Below are positions 16,342 to 25,337 of a DNA stretch of 64,000 bases, one piece after another (position 1 is the stretch's first letter; each line of letters starts with the position of its first letter). Made by a program: the position numbers and the translations under genes. The notes below the pieces were generated by a model. The model did not search any database and was not told the DNA's origin. It worked only from the letters and a program-made list of their open reading frames with translations. This DNA is from a virus. Where the stretch lies: IMG/VR virus record IMGVR_UViG_3300045988_156465; one strand, 5' to 3'.

Positions 16342-17340
16342 ATGGCTGAAAATACACAGGTGGCAGAAAAGAAGGAATTTACAACGGCATTAAGTCGGTG
16401 GAGCAACGAAATTACAGGATTGATTGCAAAAGACTATGAGGCTTGCGGCGTTATTTTTGATGAATATTCCAGAAAATGTGCTATGGAGGCGGTCGGCAGC
16501 ATTTACAACCTCGTGAAGAACGATGGAAAAGCGAGCATGAACTCTCTCGATACAAGCAACTTGAGGGGCATCGTTGAAAACTGTGCAGGGCTGAAATTGA
16601 ACCCTGCGGCATATCCGAGAGAATGTTATTTCCAACTTAGAAATGTAAAGCGTGGGAACGAGTGGGTAAAGGTTGTTGAAATGGGTATCGAGGGTGCAGG
16701 ATATGATTCCCTTCTCTCTCATTACGGCAAGGATGTCGAACAAGTTTATCCATATTGGGTAGTCAAAGAAGGGGATACCTATATCCCACCCAAACATAAG
16801 GGATTGGAGCTGACACCGCCAGAATGGGAAGAAAACGGATTATCCGATAAAGCGGTTCGGGTGGTATATCCAGTCAAATTGACGGACGGCACAGTAACTT
16901 ATCTGACAGCTGATAGGGCAAGCGTAAAGGTCAACCTTTTGGCTCATGTTAAGCAAAATATGATGAACGCTACATTCGGCATTTGTGCCGATAGATACAA
17001 GGCAACGGATAAACAGAAAGAGGAAATCAAAGCCAAGAAGGATGAAATTCTGAACGCATTGAGAGCGTGCGCTACGGTTGATGATATGTTGGAGTGCGAG
17101 GTCGCAAAGCCATTTATCAGCGGCGCATGGTTGGATACACCAGAAAGCATGATTCAGCGAAAAATGTGCAACAATGCAACAAGAAAGTATCCAAAAAATT
17201 ATGACCAGATGGCAAGACAGGCACAAATCGAACTGGATGATGCATACCGCCAGACACAGGATGATGTTGTGGAAAGTGCAAATGCCGTTGATTTTGACGA
17301 GGAAACCATCATTGATGGGGAAATTTTGCAGGAGGGATGA
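16342..17340 (+). CDS. RecT/Red-beta-type single-strand annealing protein (probable)
   Basis: 332 aa. CAGLKLNPAAYPRECYFQLRN...VEMGIEGAGYDSLL resembles the RecT core. Its context is an ATPase, MBL-fold protein and SSB. Confidence 0.6.
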   Translation: MAENTQVAEKKEFTTALSRWSNEITGLIAKDYEACGVIFDEYSRKCAMEAVGSIYNLVKNDGKASMNSLDTSNLRGIVENCAGLKLNPAAYPRECYFQLRNVKRGNEWVKVVEMGIEGAGYDSLLSHYGKDVEQVYPYWVVKEGDTYIPPKHKGLELTPPEWEENGLSDKAVRVVYPVKLTDGTVTYLTADRASVKVNLLAHVKQNMMNATFGICADRYKATDKQKEEIKAKKDEILNALRACATVDDMLECEVAKPFISGAWLDTPESMIQRKMCNNATRKYPKNYDQMARQAQIELDDAYRQTQDDVVESANAVDFDEETIIDGEILQEG

Positions 17341-17343
17341 TTT

Positions 17344-17619
17344 ATGAGAATTATTAGTCAGGGTGGAAAAATTGATTTGCCGTATGAACAGATTTCAATT
17401 TCAATCGACTGCGATGATGAAAGGACGATTATTGCTTATGCAGTAAGTTCTGGTACTATTTGGGAATTAGCTGAATACTCGAAAAAAGAAAAAGCCGAAA
17501 AGGCTATGGAAATGTTGAGGACGGAATACGGGAATTACAAACAGGCAAAAAGCAGTGAATATTATTTCGCTTTCAATTATCCAAAAGTCTTTCGGTTTCC
17601 GCAGGATAGCGAGGTGTGA
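17344..17619 (+). CDS. small hypothetical phage protein (paralog of 426..650)
   Basis: MRIISQGGKIDLPYEQ...KEKAEKAMEMLRTEY parallels the 426 product (..ERAKEVFDELHAAY). Confidence 0.6.
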   Translation: MRIISQGGKIDLPYEQISISIDCDDERTIIAYAVSSGTIWELAEYSKKEKAEKAMEMLRTEYGNYKQAKSSEYYFAFNYPKVFRFPQDSEV

Positions 17620-18059
17620 TGATGAGCGAAAATGTAAAATGGAAGGTTAATGGTATTTTTAAAGCTGATGCAAACGAATGTTACAGAGAGATTTCTTCTC
17701 TGGAACAGATTACTCCGAAAGCAATCCTTGATTTTGCAAGAGATGAAAATTCAGAATTACATAAATGCTTTGAGTGGGACAATGATTCAGCAGCGGAGAA
17801 GTACAGAACAATACAAGCCGGCAATGTCATTAGGATGTTGTATATAGTTCCTAAAAACGCAGATGCACCGCCAGTAAGGGTATTGAGTAGGACATCTGAT
17901 ACGGTTTATCAGCCAACAAGGACATTTGTAAAGAACCAGAATGAATATGAGGATTTGCTTAAAAGAGCATTATCGGAATTGGAAAGTTTCAGATTGAAAT
18001 ATAAGACACTTTCCGAGTTGGAACAGGTATTTGAGCAGATTGATTTAATCACTGTTTGA
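17619..18059 (+). CDS. hypothetical protein
   Basis: GAGGTG RBS and overlapping stop/start. No family confidently recognised. Confidence 0.55.
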   Translation: MMSENVKWKVNGIFKADANECYREISSLEQITPKAILDFARDENSELHKCFEWDNDSAAEKYRTIQAGNVIRMLYIVPKNADAPPVRVLSRTSDTVYQPTRTFVKNQNEYEDLLKRALSELESFRLKYKTLSELEQVFEQIDLITV

Positions 18060-18413
18060 TATATAGCATAAAACAGAACATAACAGGAAAATTTCAGACA
18101 GCATATTAAAAAACAACCTATTTTCAAGTGTTTAACAGGTGAGATAACACCTATTATATAACAGCTTTTTATAAAACATCGAAAAACAGGTCAAAATAAA
18201 ACAGGAAAATAAAGCGCAACATAGGACACTTTATCTCACTTGCTAAGCGCTTGATTATAGGAACACGCTGATAGAGCATTTTATAGGCGGTATGATACCG
18301 CCAGCATATTAAAGAAAAGAACAGTAAAGCAAAAGAAAATACAAGACAATGCAGAATATTATATCGCCTACAAAGTGTTCTATCAGTAACAAAAATGAAA
18401 GGAGAAAACAAAA

Positions 18414-19040
18414 ATGGCTAAAACAGAGGTAATCGAAATCAAGCCCTTAAACATCAAAACCGCAACAATCAAAATCGCAGGAGATGGAGACTTGATTCTT
18501 AATAAAATGAACGATGTAAGCGCAAAGGATTTGATTGACAAGCGTAAGGATAAGGCGAAAGACACAGCAAAGCCTAATCAATGGGAAGCAATCATCACTT
18601 CTATGCACTGGTACAACGGCAAGCCAAAAGATTATTCGGAAGAAGGACTATTACAGGCATTAAAAGAAAACGCACCATGTATTACCGGATTCGGTCTGAA
18701 AAAATCTTTCGGACAGGCTGTTGTACAGAACAAAATTGATACATACGCAACGAAGTTTAATGCAGGAGTAAACATTATCGCAAAGGGAGATTTGATACCA
18801 ATTCAGTTTGCAGAACATCATATTGACGAAAAACTGATGTCTCCCAAAAAAGGCTCTCCAGTATTAGTACACCTTAACAGATTTAGCGGTTGGAAAGCTG
18901 CATTTACAATCCAGTACACCGAAAACGCTTTCTCTTTGGAACAGATTGTAAACATTGTCAATCTTGCAGGATTTGGCAACGGTATCGGAAGTGGTAGAAG
19001 TAGTGGATACGGAAGATACCATGTTGATGGTATTGAATAA
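18414..19040 (+). CDS. hypothetical protein with C-terminal glycine-rich loop
   Basis: 208 aa with AAAGGAGAAAAC RBS. C-terminus GFGNGIGSGRSSGYGRYHV. It is preceded by 354 nt of non-coding DNA. Confidence 0.6.
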   Translation: MAKTEVIEIKPLNIKTATIKIAGDGDLILNKMNDVSAKDLIDKRKDKAKDTAKPNQWEAIITSMHWYNGKPKDYSEEGLLQALKENAPCITGFGLKKSFGQAVVQNKIDTYATKFNAGVNIIAKGDLIPIQFAEHHIDEKLMSPKKGSPVLVHLNRFSGWKAAFTIQYTENAFSLEQIVNIVNLAGFGNGIGSGRSSGYGRYHVDGIE

Positions 19041-19058
19041 TCGTTAGGAGGTGCGAAA

Positions 19059-19781
19059 GTGCTGCTAAAAACGATAGCAACGGGTTCAAGCGGAAATTGC
19101 CACGCACTTATTGCAGACACAGGAGAGATTCTTCTTTTGGACTTGGGGGAGAACGAAAAGAAAATTAAGAAAGGAATCGGTTGGAAAATTTCTGATGTTG
19201 TCGGTGCGATTGTTACCCATAAACACGCTGACCACTCAAAATCGGTCAATGAATTTGAAAGAATGGGTGTTCCTGTTTTAAAGCCGTATGAAAACGAAAG
19301 CGACATCGGCTTGAAAAATATTTCTGGTTTTAGAGTGCAGGCGTTTGACCTTACAACGATTGGCGGCAGATGGACACACACAGATGCAGACGGAACGGAT
19401 TGCCCGATATTCGGTTTTCTGATTATGCACAAAGAAATGGGAAGAATGCTTTATATCACTGATACGGCTATTGTCAAATGGCGGTTCAAAAATATAAACC
19501 ATATTCTTCTCGGCGTGAATTATGACAGGAATATGATTTATCCAGATAACGAGGGGAAAAAGAATCATATTTTCGGCGGTCACTTGGAGATTGGAACAGC
19601 TTGTGACTTTGTAAGGGCGAATAATTCTGATTCCTTGCAGAACGTCATAATGTGCCATCTGTCAGCAGATAATGCCGATTCTGATAAATTCATCGAGCGT
19701 ATGAAAAAAGCGTGTCCTGCGGCGAATGTGTACGTTGCAGGGCGTAATGACGGGTGGTGGTTGAGCGATGGGAAGGTATGA
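19059..19781 (+). CDS. MBL-fold metallo-hydrolase
   Basis: TAGGAGGTG RBS with GTG start. GSSGNCHALI and the THKHADH (HxHxDH) motif. Confidence 0.8.
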   Translation: MLLKTIATGSSGNCHALIADTGEILLLDLGENEKKIKKGIGWKISDVVGAIVTHKHADHSKSVNEFERMGVPVLKPYENESDIGLKNISGFRVQAFDLTTIGGRWTHTDADGTDCPIFGFLIMHKEMGRMLYITDTAIVKWRFKNINHILLGVNYDRNMIYPDNEGKKNHIFGGHLEIGTACDFVRANNSDSLQNVIMCHLSADNADSDKFIERMKKACPAANVYVAGRNDGWWLSDGKV

Positions 19782-20004
19782 GTTTTCCTTAAATGCAAAT
19801 ATCAAGGCAAAGGACGGCATTTGCCCCTGCTATGGATGCGAAGGAAGGAACGCTGGATGTCATTCAAAATGCGAGATATTCACGATTTGGAATCAGAAGC
19901 ATTTGAAAAATAAAAAAGAAATGCAAAAGAAGGCGTTCATCGAAAATCAGGCGGATTACCGGAAGAACGAATACTTTAGAAGAAAGAGGGACAAGCAGAA
20001 ATGA
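19768..20004 (+). CDS. small Cys-rich protein
   Basis: CPCYGCEGRNAGCHSKCE. Coupled to its neighbours by overlaps. Confidence 0.5.
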   Translation: MGRYEFSLNANIKAKDGICPCYGCEGRNAGCHSKCEIFTIWNQKHLKNKKEMQKKAFIENQADYRKNEYFRRKRDKQK

Positions 20005-20423
20005 ATAAATGTATTTTTGTCGGTAGAACGACAAGAGATGTTGAACTCAGATACACGCAGTCCGCAAATCCTCTTGCGGTCGGAAGAACCTCCATTGCGG
20101 TTGAGAGTGGATATGGGGATAAGAAGAAAACGAGCTTTTTCAATATCTCTGCTTTCGGCAAAACGGCGGAAACAATGGATAAATTTGTTAAGAAGGGTAC
20201 GAAAATCATCCTTGAGTGCGAAGCTGCGCAGAATGAATACACTGACAGGGAAGGGAAGAAACAGAACACGGTATCCTTTATCGTGAAATCTTTCGAGTTT
20301 GCCGAGAGTAAAGCGGCAAGCAGCAGTGCAGGGCAGACAAGTGATGCGCCGAAATCGCAGAGTAACACGGATGGTTTTTATCCCATTGACAATACCATTG
20401 AAGATGACGATTTGCCGTTTTAA
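20001..20423 (+). CDS. single-stranded DNA-binding protein
   Basis: The OB-fold pattern NKCIFVGRTTRDVELRYT..., a Ser/Ala-rich linker and the canonical acidic tail EDDDLPF identify this gene as ssb. Confidence 0.9.
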   Translation: MNKCIFVGRTTRDVELRYTQSANPLAVGRTSIAVESGYGDKKKTSFFNISAFGKTAETMDKFVKKGTKIILECEAAQNEYTDREGKKQNTVSFIVKSFEFAESKAASSSAGQTSDAPKSQSNTDGFYPIDNTIEDDDLPF

Positions 20424-20448
20424 AAAATAAGAAGGGTGGAGACTGATT

Positions 20449-20670
20449 TTGAGAATAGAAAATTTAATCGTTTTTTTGAAAGAGAATTTTGAAAAAGGGA
20501 TACAAATGTTTGATACTCCGAATATTGTGGGCGATTTCATGGTGCCTATTTATAAGAAGGACAATATATTGGTGTTGTACGCGCCGGAATATGACTATAT
20601 TGAGATATTCGGAATATCTGATGAAGAATTTGAAAGAGTTGAGAAAGAGGTTAATCGGAAAAGGCGGTAA
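20449..20670 (+). CDS. hypothetical protein
   Basis: TTG start 8 nt after GGTGGAG. 73 aa. Confidence 0.45.
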   Translation: MRIENLIVFLKENFEKGIQMFDTPNIVGDFMVPIYKKDNILVLYAPEYDYIEIFGISDEEFERVEKEVNRKRR

Positions 20671-20674
20671 GATT

Positions 20675-21505
20675 ATGGATTTGAAAGACATCAAAACAGA
20701 ATTGTTCAATGACAATTTCCAAAATTATAAGCGGTACGGCATCCCGAAAGCACAACTTGTTATTGCCGATATCCCCTACAACGTGGGTACGAATTTCTAC
20801 GGTAGTAATCCCATGTGGTATAAAGGTGGGGACAATAAAAACGGCGAAAGCAAACTTGCCGGAAAAGCAGCTTTTAATACAGATTTTAATTTCAATCTGT
20901 ACGAGTATTTTCATTTTTGCAGCAAACTGTTGAAGAAAGAAGATACGAAAACCGTATCACGTGGCAGAAGCAGCAACAGCCCGTGCATGATTGTTTTTTG
21001 CAGTTTTGAGCAGATGCCGACACTGATAAACGCTGCTAAAAAGCATGGATTTGTAAACTACATACCTTTGGTTTTCTGCAAAAATTACAGTCCGCAGGTT
21101 TTAAAGGCGAATATGCGTATTGTAGGTGCGACAGAATACGACCTTGTATTTTATCGTGGAAGGTTACCAAAGTTTAGAAACGGCTGTCAGCAGGACGAGA
21201 ACGGGAAGAATATTCGCGGCACAGGACGGATGATTTTTAATTGGTTCGCATGGGAGAAGGACGGAAAAGAGATTCCTAAAATTCATCCAGCGCAGAAACC
21301 CGTAGCGGTGATTAAGAAACTGATTGAAATTTTTACGGACGAAGGGGACATCGTGATTGACCCTTGCGCTGGTAGTGGTTCGACACTGAGAGCGGCTATG
21401 GAGTGCGGAAGAAACTCGTACGGATTTGAAATTTCAAAGGAATTTTACAGACGAGCAAAAGATGAAATGCTTGTTGTGAAAGAAGAAATGCAGTTGCATT
21501 TGTAA
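20675..21505 (+). CDS. DNA methyltransferase, beta-class N6-adenine/N4-cytosine type
   Basis: Motif IV ADIPYNV is near the N-terminus and motif I IDPCAGSGST near the C-terminus. HPAQKP precedes motif I. Confidence 0.85.
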   Translation: MDLKDIKTELFNDNFQNYKRYGIPKAQLVIADIPYNVGTNFYGSNPMWYKGGDNKNGESKLAGKAAFNTDFNFNLYEYFHFCSKLLKKEDTKTVSRGRSSNSPCMIVFCSFEQMPTLINAAKKHGFVNYIPLVFCKNYSPQVLKANMRIVGATEYDLVFYRGRLPKFRNGCQQDENGKNIRGTGRMIFNWFAWEKDGKEIPKIHPAQKPVAVIKKLIEIFTDEGDIVIDPCAGSGSTLRAAMECGRNSYGFEISKEFYRRAKDEMLVVKEEMQLHL

Positions 21506-21517
21506 GGCGGTGGAAAG

Positions 21518-22108
21518 ATGGACTATCAGAAATTCAAGAAAGCGAAGGCTATTGAGAAGAAGAACAAGGAACGCTTGCTGAAAGTAAATCCAAAATTGAA
21601 TGAGGATAGCGGAATTTATTTCCTAACAAGAATTGATGAAAACGGATTCAAATACGCATATATCGGGCAAGCGGTACATATTCTGACGAGACTTGCACAA
21701 CATCTTGTCGGCTATCAGCATATCGACCTTTCACTGAAAAAACATGGCTTGTATGATGCGGAAACAAACCAGTACGGATGGAAAATCGGTTTCATGCTTT
21801 ACAAAGACACCGAGTTGGATAGTGCGGAACAGCACTGGATAAAGAAATATGCTGATGGTGGTTATCAGTTGCGGAACAAGACAAGTGGCTCACAGGGAGA
21901 GGGCAAATCGCAGATTGCGGAATATAAAGCCGCCAAGGGATATCGTGATGGCTTGGAACAGGGCAGAAAGAATCTTGCGAAGGAATTATCGAATATTGCC
22001 GAAAAGCACCTCACAATCGAAATTAGAGAGGATAAGAGGGGAAACAAGATTTCAGAACGGCAGTATGAGAAGTTTATGGAGTTGATGAAAGGAGAGGTGG
22101 ATTCGTGA
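21518..22108 (+). CDS. GIY-YIG nuclease domain protein
   Basis: SGIYFLTRIDENGFKYAYIGQAVHILTRLAQH...EQHWIKKY...YQLRNKTSG carries the GIY, YIG, Arg, Glu and Asn hallmarks. Confidence 0.75.
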   Translation: MDYQKFKKAKAIEKKNKERLLKVNPKLNEDSGIYFLTRIDENGFKYAYIGQAVHILTRLAQHLVGYQHIDLSLKKHGLYDAETNQYGWKIGFMLYKDTELDSAEQHWIKKYADGGYQLRNKTSGSQGEGKSQIAEYKAAKGYRDGLEQGRKNLAKELSNIAEKHLTIEIREDKRGNKISERQYEKFMELMKGEVDS

Positions 22109-23370
22109 AATTCATTGACTTCTTCTCTGGTGTCGGTGGTTTCCGCAGAGGGATGGAGCTGGCGGGACATGAGTGTGTGGGATTCTGTGAATTTGATAAA
22201 TTTGCAGTAGCCAGCTACACAGCCATGCACCTTATGACGGAAAAGGATCGAGAGTACATAAGCACGTTGCCGAAAAACAAAAGAGTGGCAGAAGCAGGAA
22301 AGGAGGAGTACAGGCATGGAGAATGGTATGCAAATGACATTAGACGGATTTTCGCCGAGGACATACCGAAAACAGACTGCTGGTGTTTCGGATTCCCCTG
22401 TCAGGACATCAGCGTTGCCGGAAAGCAGCTTGGCTTTAACGGAGCAAGAAGCAGCCTATTTTTCAGAGTTATGCGCCTTGTGCAAGACCTCGAAGAAAAA
22501 GATAGACCCACATACCTATTCATTGAGAACGTTAAAAACCTACTTAGCGTTAATGGGGGAACGGACTTCCTTAAACTTCTCATTGCGCTGGACGAAAGTG
22601 GGTACGATGCAGAGTGGCAAGTTATCAACTCTGCCGATTACGTCCCACAAAACAGGGAAAGAGTTTTCGTTATCGGACATCTTAGAGGGAGAAGTACCAC
22701 AAAAGTATTTCCTATCGAAAGAGCAGACAGAGAAAATAGTGTTCAAATAATCGCACATAGAGAGGGATTCCGCAGGAATATGCAAGTGTTTTCTCCGGAA
22801 GGGATAACAGAATCGCTAGACACAGGGCAAGGTGGCGGAAGAGGTCATTATACCGCCATGCCCGTATTTTGCGATATGTCAAAAAGTGCAGGAATACAAA
22901 CTTATGATAAGGCGTTTTGCTTGCAAGCGAGATACCATAAAGGCGTTTGCAACAGGCGAAAGGAAATAAGTGGCATTTGCGTTCCTGTACTTACTCCGGA
23001 CAGAGCAGAAAAAAGACAGAACGGCAGAAGAATGAAGGGAAATGGAGAGCCAATGTTTACTCTGACCGGACAGGACCGGCACGGAGTTATGATTTCAACG
23101 CCTGACGGAATGGCGTTTTATGCCATTTGGTACGAAAAATATCAGTGCTATATTGCTATCCGCAAACTGACACCGAGAGAATGTTTCCGGCTGCAAGGAT
23201 GGTCGGATGAATATTTCAATAGGGCTGAATTGGTAAACAGTGACAGCCAGTTATATAAACAGGCAGGGAACGGCGTGACCGTACCAGTAATATACGAGAT
23301 TGCAAAAAGAATGAGGGCGAATGGGAACATTTCTGCCCGAATTGTATGGAGTGATAGAAATGGAAAATAA
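22105..23370 (+). CDS. DNA (cytosine-5) methyltransferase
   Basis: FSGVGG (motif I), GFPCQDIS (IV), ENVKNL (VI), QNRERVF (VIII), GNGVTVPV (X). GTGA overlap with the GIY-YIG gene. Confidence 0.95.
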   Translation: MKFIDFFSGVGGFRRGMELAGHECVGFCEFDKFAVASYTAMHLMTEKDREYISTLPKNKRVAEAGKEEYRHGEWYANDIRRIFAEDIPKTDCWCFGFPCQDISVAGKQLGFNGARSSLFFRVMRLVQDLEEKDRPTYLFIENVKNLLSVNGGTDFLKLLIALDESGYDAEWQVINSADYVPQNRERVFVIGHLRGRSTTKVFPIERADRENSVQIIAHREGFRRNMQVFSPEGITESLDTGQGGGRGHYTAMPVFCDMSKSAGIQTYDKAFCLQARYHKGVCNRRKEISGICVPVLTPDRAEKRQNGRRMKGNGEPMFTLTGQDRHGVMISTPDGMAFYAIWYEKYQCYIAIRKLTPRECFRLQGWSDEYFNRAELVNSDSQLYKQAGNGVTVPVIYEIAKRMRANGNISARIVWSDRNGK

Positions 23371-23590
23371 AACAGTAGACCACACGAATATTTTTGAAAG
23401 TTATCTGGCGCAAGATATCTTTATCATGGGTATTATCGAAAAGGTTGTTAATGACTGGAAACGAACCAAGTGGAAAGAAGGTACTTTTAACAGAGAAAAT
23501 TTAGAAGATTTCTTTTTGGACGATTTCCAACAGTGGCTTGAATTGGGCGTTGATGAATGGTGTAACGAAGAATGGGGACAGGAGGGATAA
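23360..23590 (+). CDS. hypothetical protein
   Basis: 76-aa ORF beginning MENKTVDHT. Confidence 0.5.
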   Translation: MENKTVDHTNIFESYLAQDIFIMGIIEKVVNDWKRTKWKEGTFNRENLEDFFLDDFQQWLELGVDEWCNEEWGQEG

Positions 23591-23592
23591 AC

Positions 23593-23933
23593 ATGGACGC
23601 AATAAAATTCTTGAAAGAAAAAAATAGAATGACGAAAAAGTGCAGTATTGATTGCTCTGATTGTCCGCTTAGCAGTGAAAAAACCCAACTGGTTTCGCGT
23701 GTGGCGATTTGCAGAGAGTGTATTCAGAGATTGCAGTTTCTATTGTAGAAAAATGGTCGGAGGAACATCCGCCGGAAACAAGACTGACAGAGTTTTTGAA
23801 ACACTACCCAAATGCACTAATGGAGGATGATGGAACTCCGGAAGTGTGTGTAAACGAATTGGGACTCAAAAGAGATGACGGATGTATCTCGAACTGTATA
23901 AAATGTTGGAACACACCGATTGAGGAGGAATGA
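23593..23933 (+). pseudogene. frame-interrupted paralog of the C-terminal domain of 15666..16337
   Basis: Frame 1 gives MDAIKFLKEKNRMTKKCSIDCSDCPLSSEK. Homology continues in the -1 frame as NPTGFACGDLQRVYSEIAVSIVEKWSEEHP...CWNTPIEEE. The switch is at the A6 run 23678-23683. Confidence 0.7.
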
Positions 23934-23937
23934 CAAA

Positions 23938-24558
23938 ATGGCAATTAAACCGATTTTATTTAATACAGAAATGGTACAAGCGATTCTGGATGGACGAAAG
24001 ACATGCGCTCGGCGGATTGTGAAAGGTGCTATCCCTGATGATGCGATGTGGGGGTATACCATGTTTACACCAAAAGGCTGTATATCTTGCAGGGGGGTGT
24101 ATGCCGATGGATACGGCGAAGGATTTTACAAATTGCCGTACCAGCCGGGCGATATTCTGTATGTCCTGGAAACTTGGGGGTATCCAATTGCTTTAAATTC
24201 AGATAAACAGTATGTTTTTAGAGCGGACGAAGTAGCAGAAAGTGGCTTTAAAAATGATAGCCATATATGGCATCCATCAATTCACATGCCGAAAGAAGCT
24301 GCTCGTATCTGGCTGAAGGTGACGGATGTTAGGGTGGAACGCTTGCAGGATATGACAGATGATGATGCAGAAGCAGAGGGATGTTTCGATTATACATCAA
24401 CAGCACTTGGTTTTCCCGATGTATGGGATTCCACCATCAAAAAATCCGACATTGGCCGTTGCGGATGGGCGGCTAACCCTTGGGTTTGGGTGGTTGAATT
24501 TGAACGGTGCGAGAAGCCGAGGGAGGGATGGAACAGGAGTACAAAGTATGAATCTTAA
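23938..24558 (+). CDS. ASCH domain protein
   Basis: KPILFNTEMVQAILDGRKTCARR ... WHPSIHMPKEAARIWLKVTDVRVERLQDM is the typical phage ASCH pattern. Confidence 0.75.
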   Translation: MAIKPILFNTEMVQAILDGRKTCARRIVKGAIPDDAMWGYTMFTPKGCISCRGVYADGYGEGFYKLPYQPGDILYVLETWGYPIALNSDKQYVFRADEVAESGFKNDSHIWHPSIHMPKEAARIWLKVTDVRVERLQDMTDDDAEAEGCFDYTSTALGFPDVWDSTIKKSDIGRCGWAANPWVWVVEFERCEKPREGWNRSTKYES

Positions 24559-24596
24559 CGAGAAAATCAACAATAAATAAGAGTGTGGTGTTGTTT

Positions 24597-25334
24597 ATGG
24601 CAATATACAGGAATTTGCATATATCGTTCTGGACGGACAGCAAGGTCGAGGATGATTTCACGCCAGAGGATAAGTATTTCTATGCTTATCTTCTGACAAA
24701 CCCACAGACGAACATCTGCGGCTGCTATGAGGTCAGTTTTAATCAAATATCGCACCATACAGGATATACGAAGGACACAATTTCAAGGCTGATAAGGCGT
24801 TTTGAAAATGTGCATGGCGTGATTCGGTACTGTGCGGAAACAAAGGAAGTCTTGATTCTCAAATGGTACAAATACAACTGGAGCAAGTCAGAGAAAACGC
24901 TTGCAGGAGTTGAGAATGTTGCAAAGCATATTAAGTCCGATGATTTTAGGCGGTACGTTATGGATACGGTAAATAAGGTTAGAGGCAGTGCGGACGATTG
25001 CCAGACGGAAGAAGAACCGAAAAGTATTCCTTCCGTTTCTGTAAAGAAAGTATCTTCTGCGGATATGCTGAATGACATGGTTTCCGAGTTTGCTATTTCC
25101 GATTATCTTCTGGAATCGGTGCAGGACTGGATAGCCTACAAGGGAGAGAGAAATTTCAAGTACAAAGAAAGAGGTTTGCGGACACTTTTAAAAACAATAT
25201 CCGAAAAATCAACACAGTACGGAGATACGGCGGTATCAACGGCAATAAATGAAAGCATTTCAAGCGGATATCAAGGTATTGTTTGGGAGAAAATCGGGAA
25301 GGCTTCCAGTAGCGATATAAACTGGAATTTTTAG
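24597..25334 (+). CDS. phage replisome organizer / DnaD-like replication protein
   Basis: MAIYRNLHISFWTDSKVEDDFTPEDKYFYAYLLTNPQTNICGCYEVS matches the replisome-organizer N-terminal pattern. Confidence 0.7.
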   Translation: MAIYRNLHISFWTDSKVEDDFTPEDKYFYAYLLTNPQTNICGCYEVSFNQISHHTGYTKDTISRLIRRFENVHGVIRYCAETKEVLILKWYKYNWSKSEKTLAGVENVAKHIKSDDFRRYVMDTVNKVRGSADDCQTEEEPKSIPSVSVKKVSSADMLNDMVSEFAISDYLLESVQDWIAYKGERNFKYKERGLRTLLKTISEKSTQYGDTAVSTAINESISSGYQGIVWEKIGKASSSDINWNF

Positions 25335-25337
25335 GGG

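Noticed and set aside
22316-22750. 144-aa alternative-frame ORF inside the C5 methyltransferase gene.
   Set aside because: The main frame carries all the canonical C5-MTase motifs across this stretch. The overlapping frame has no RBS or motifs.
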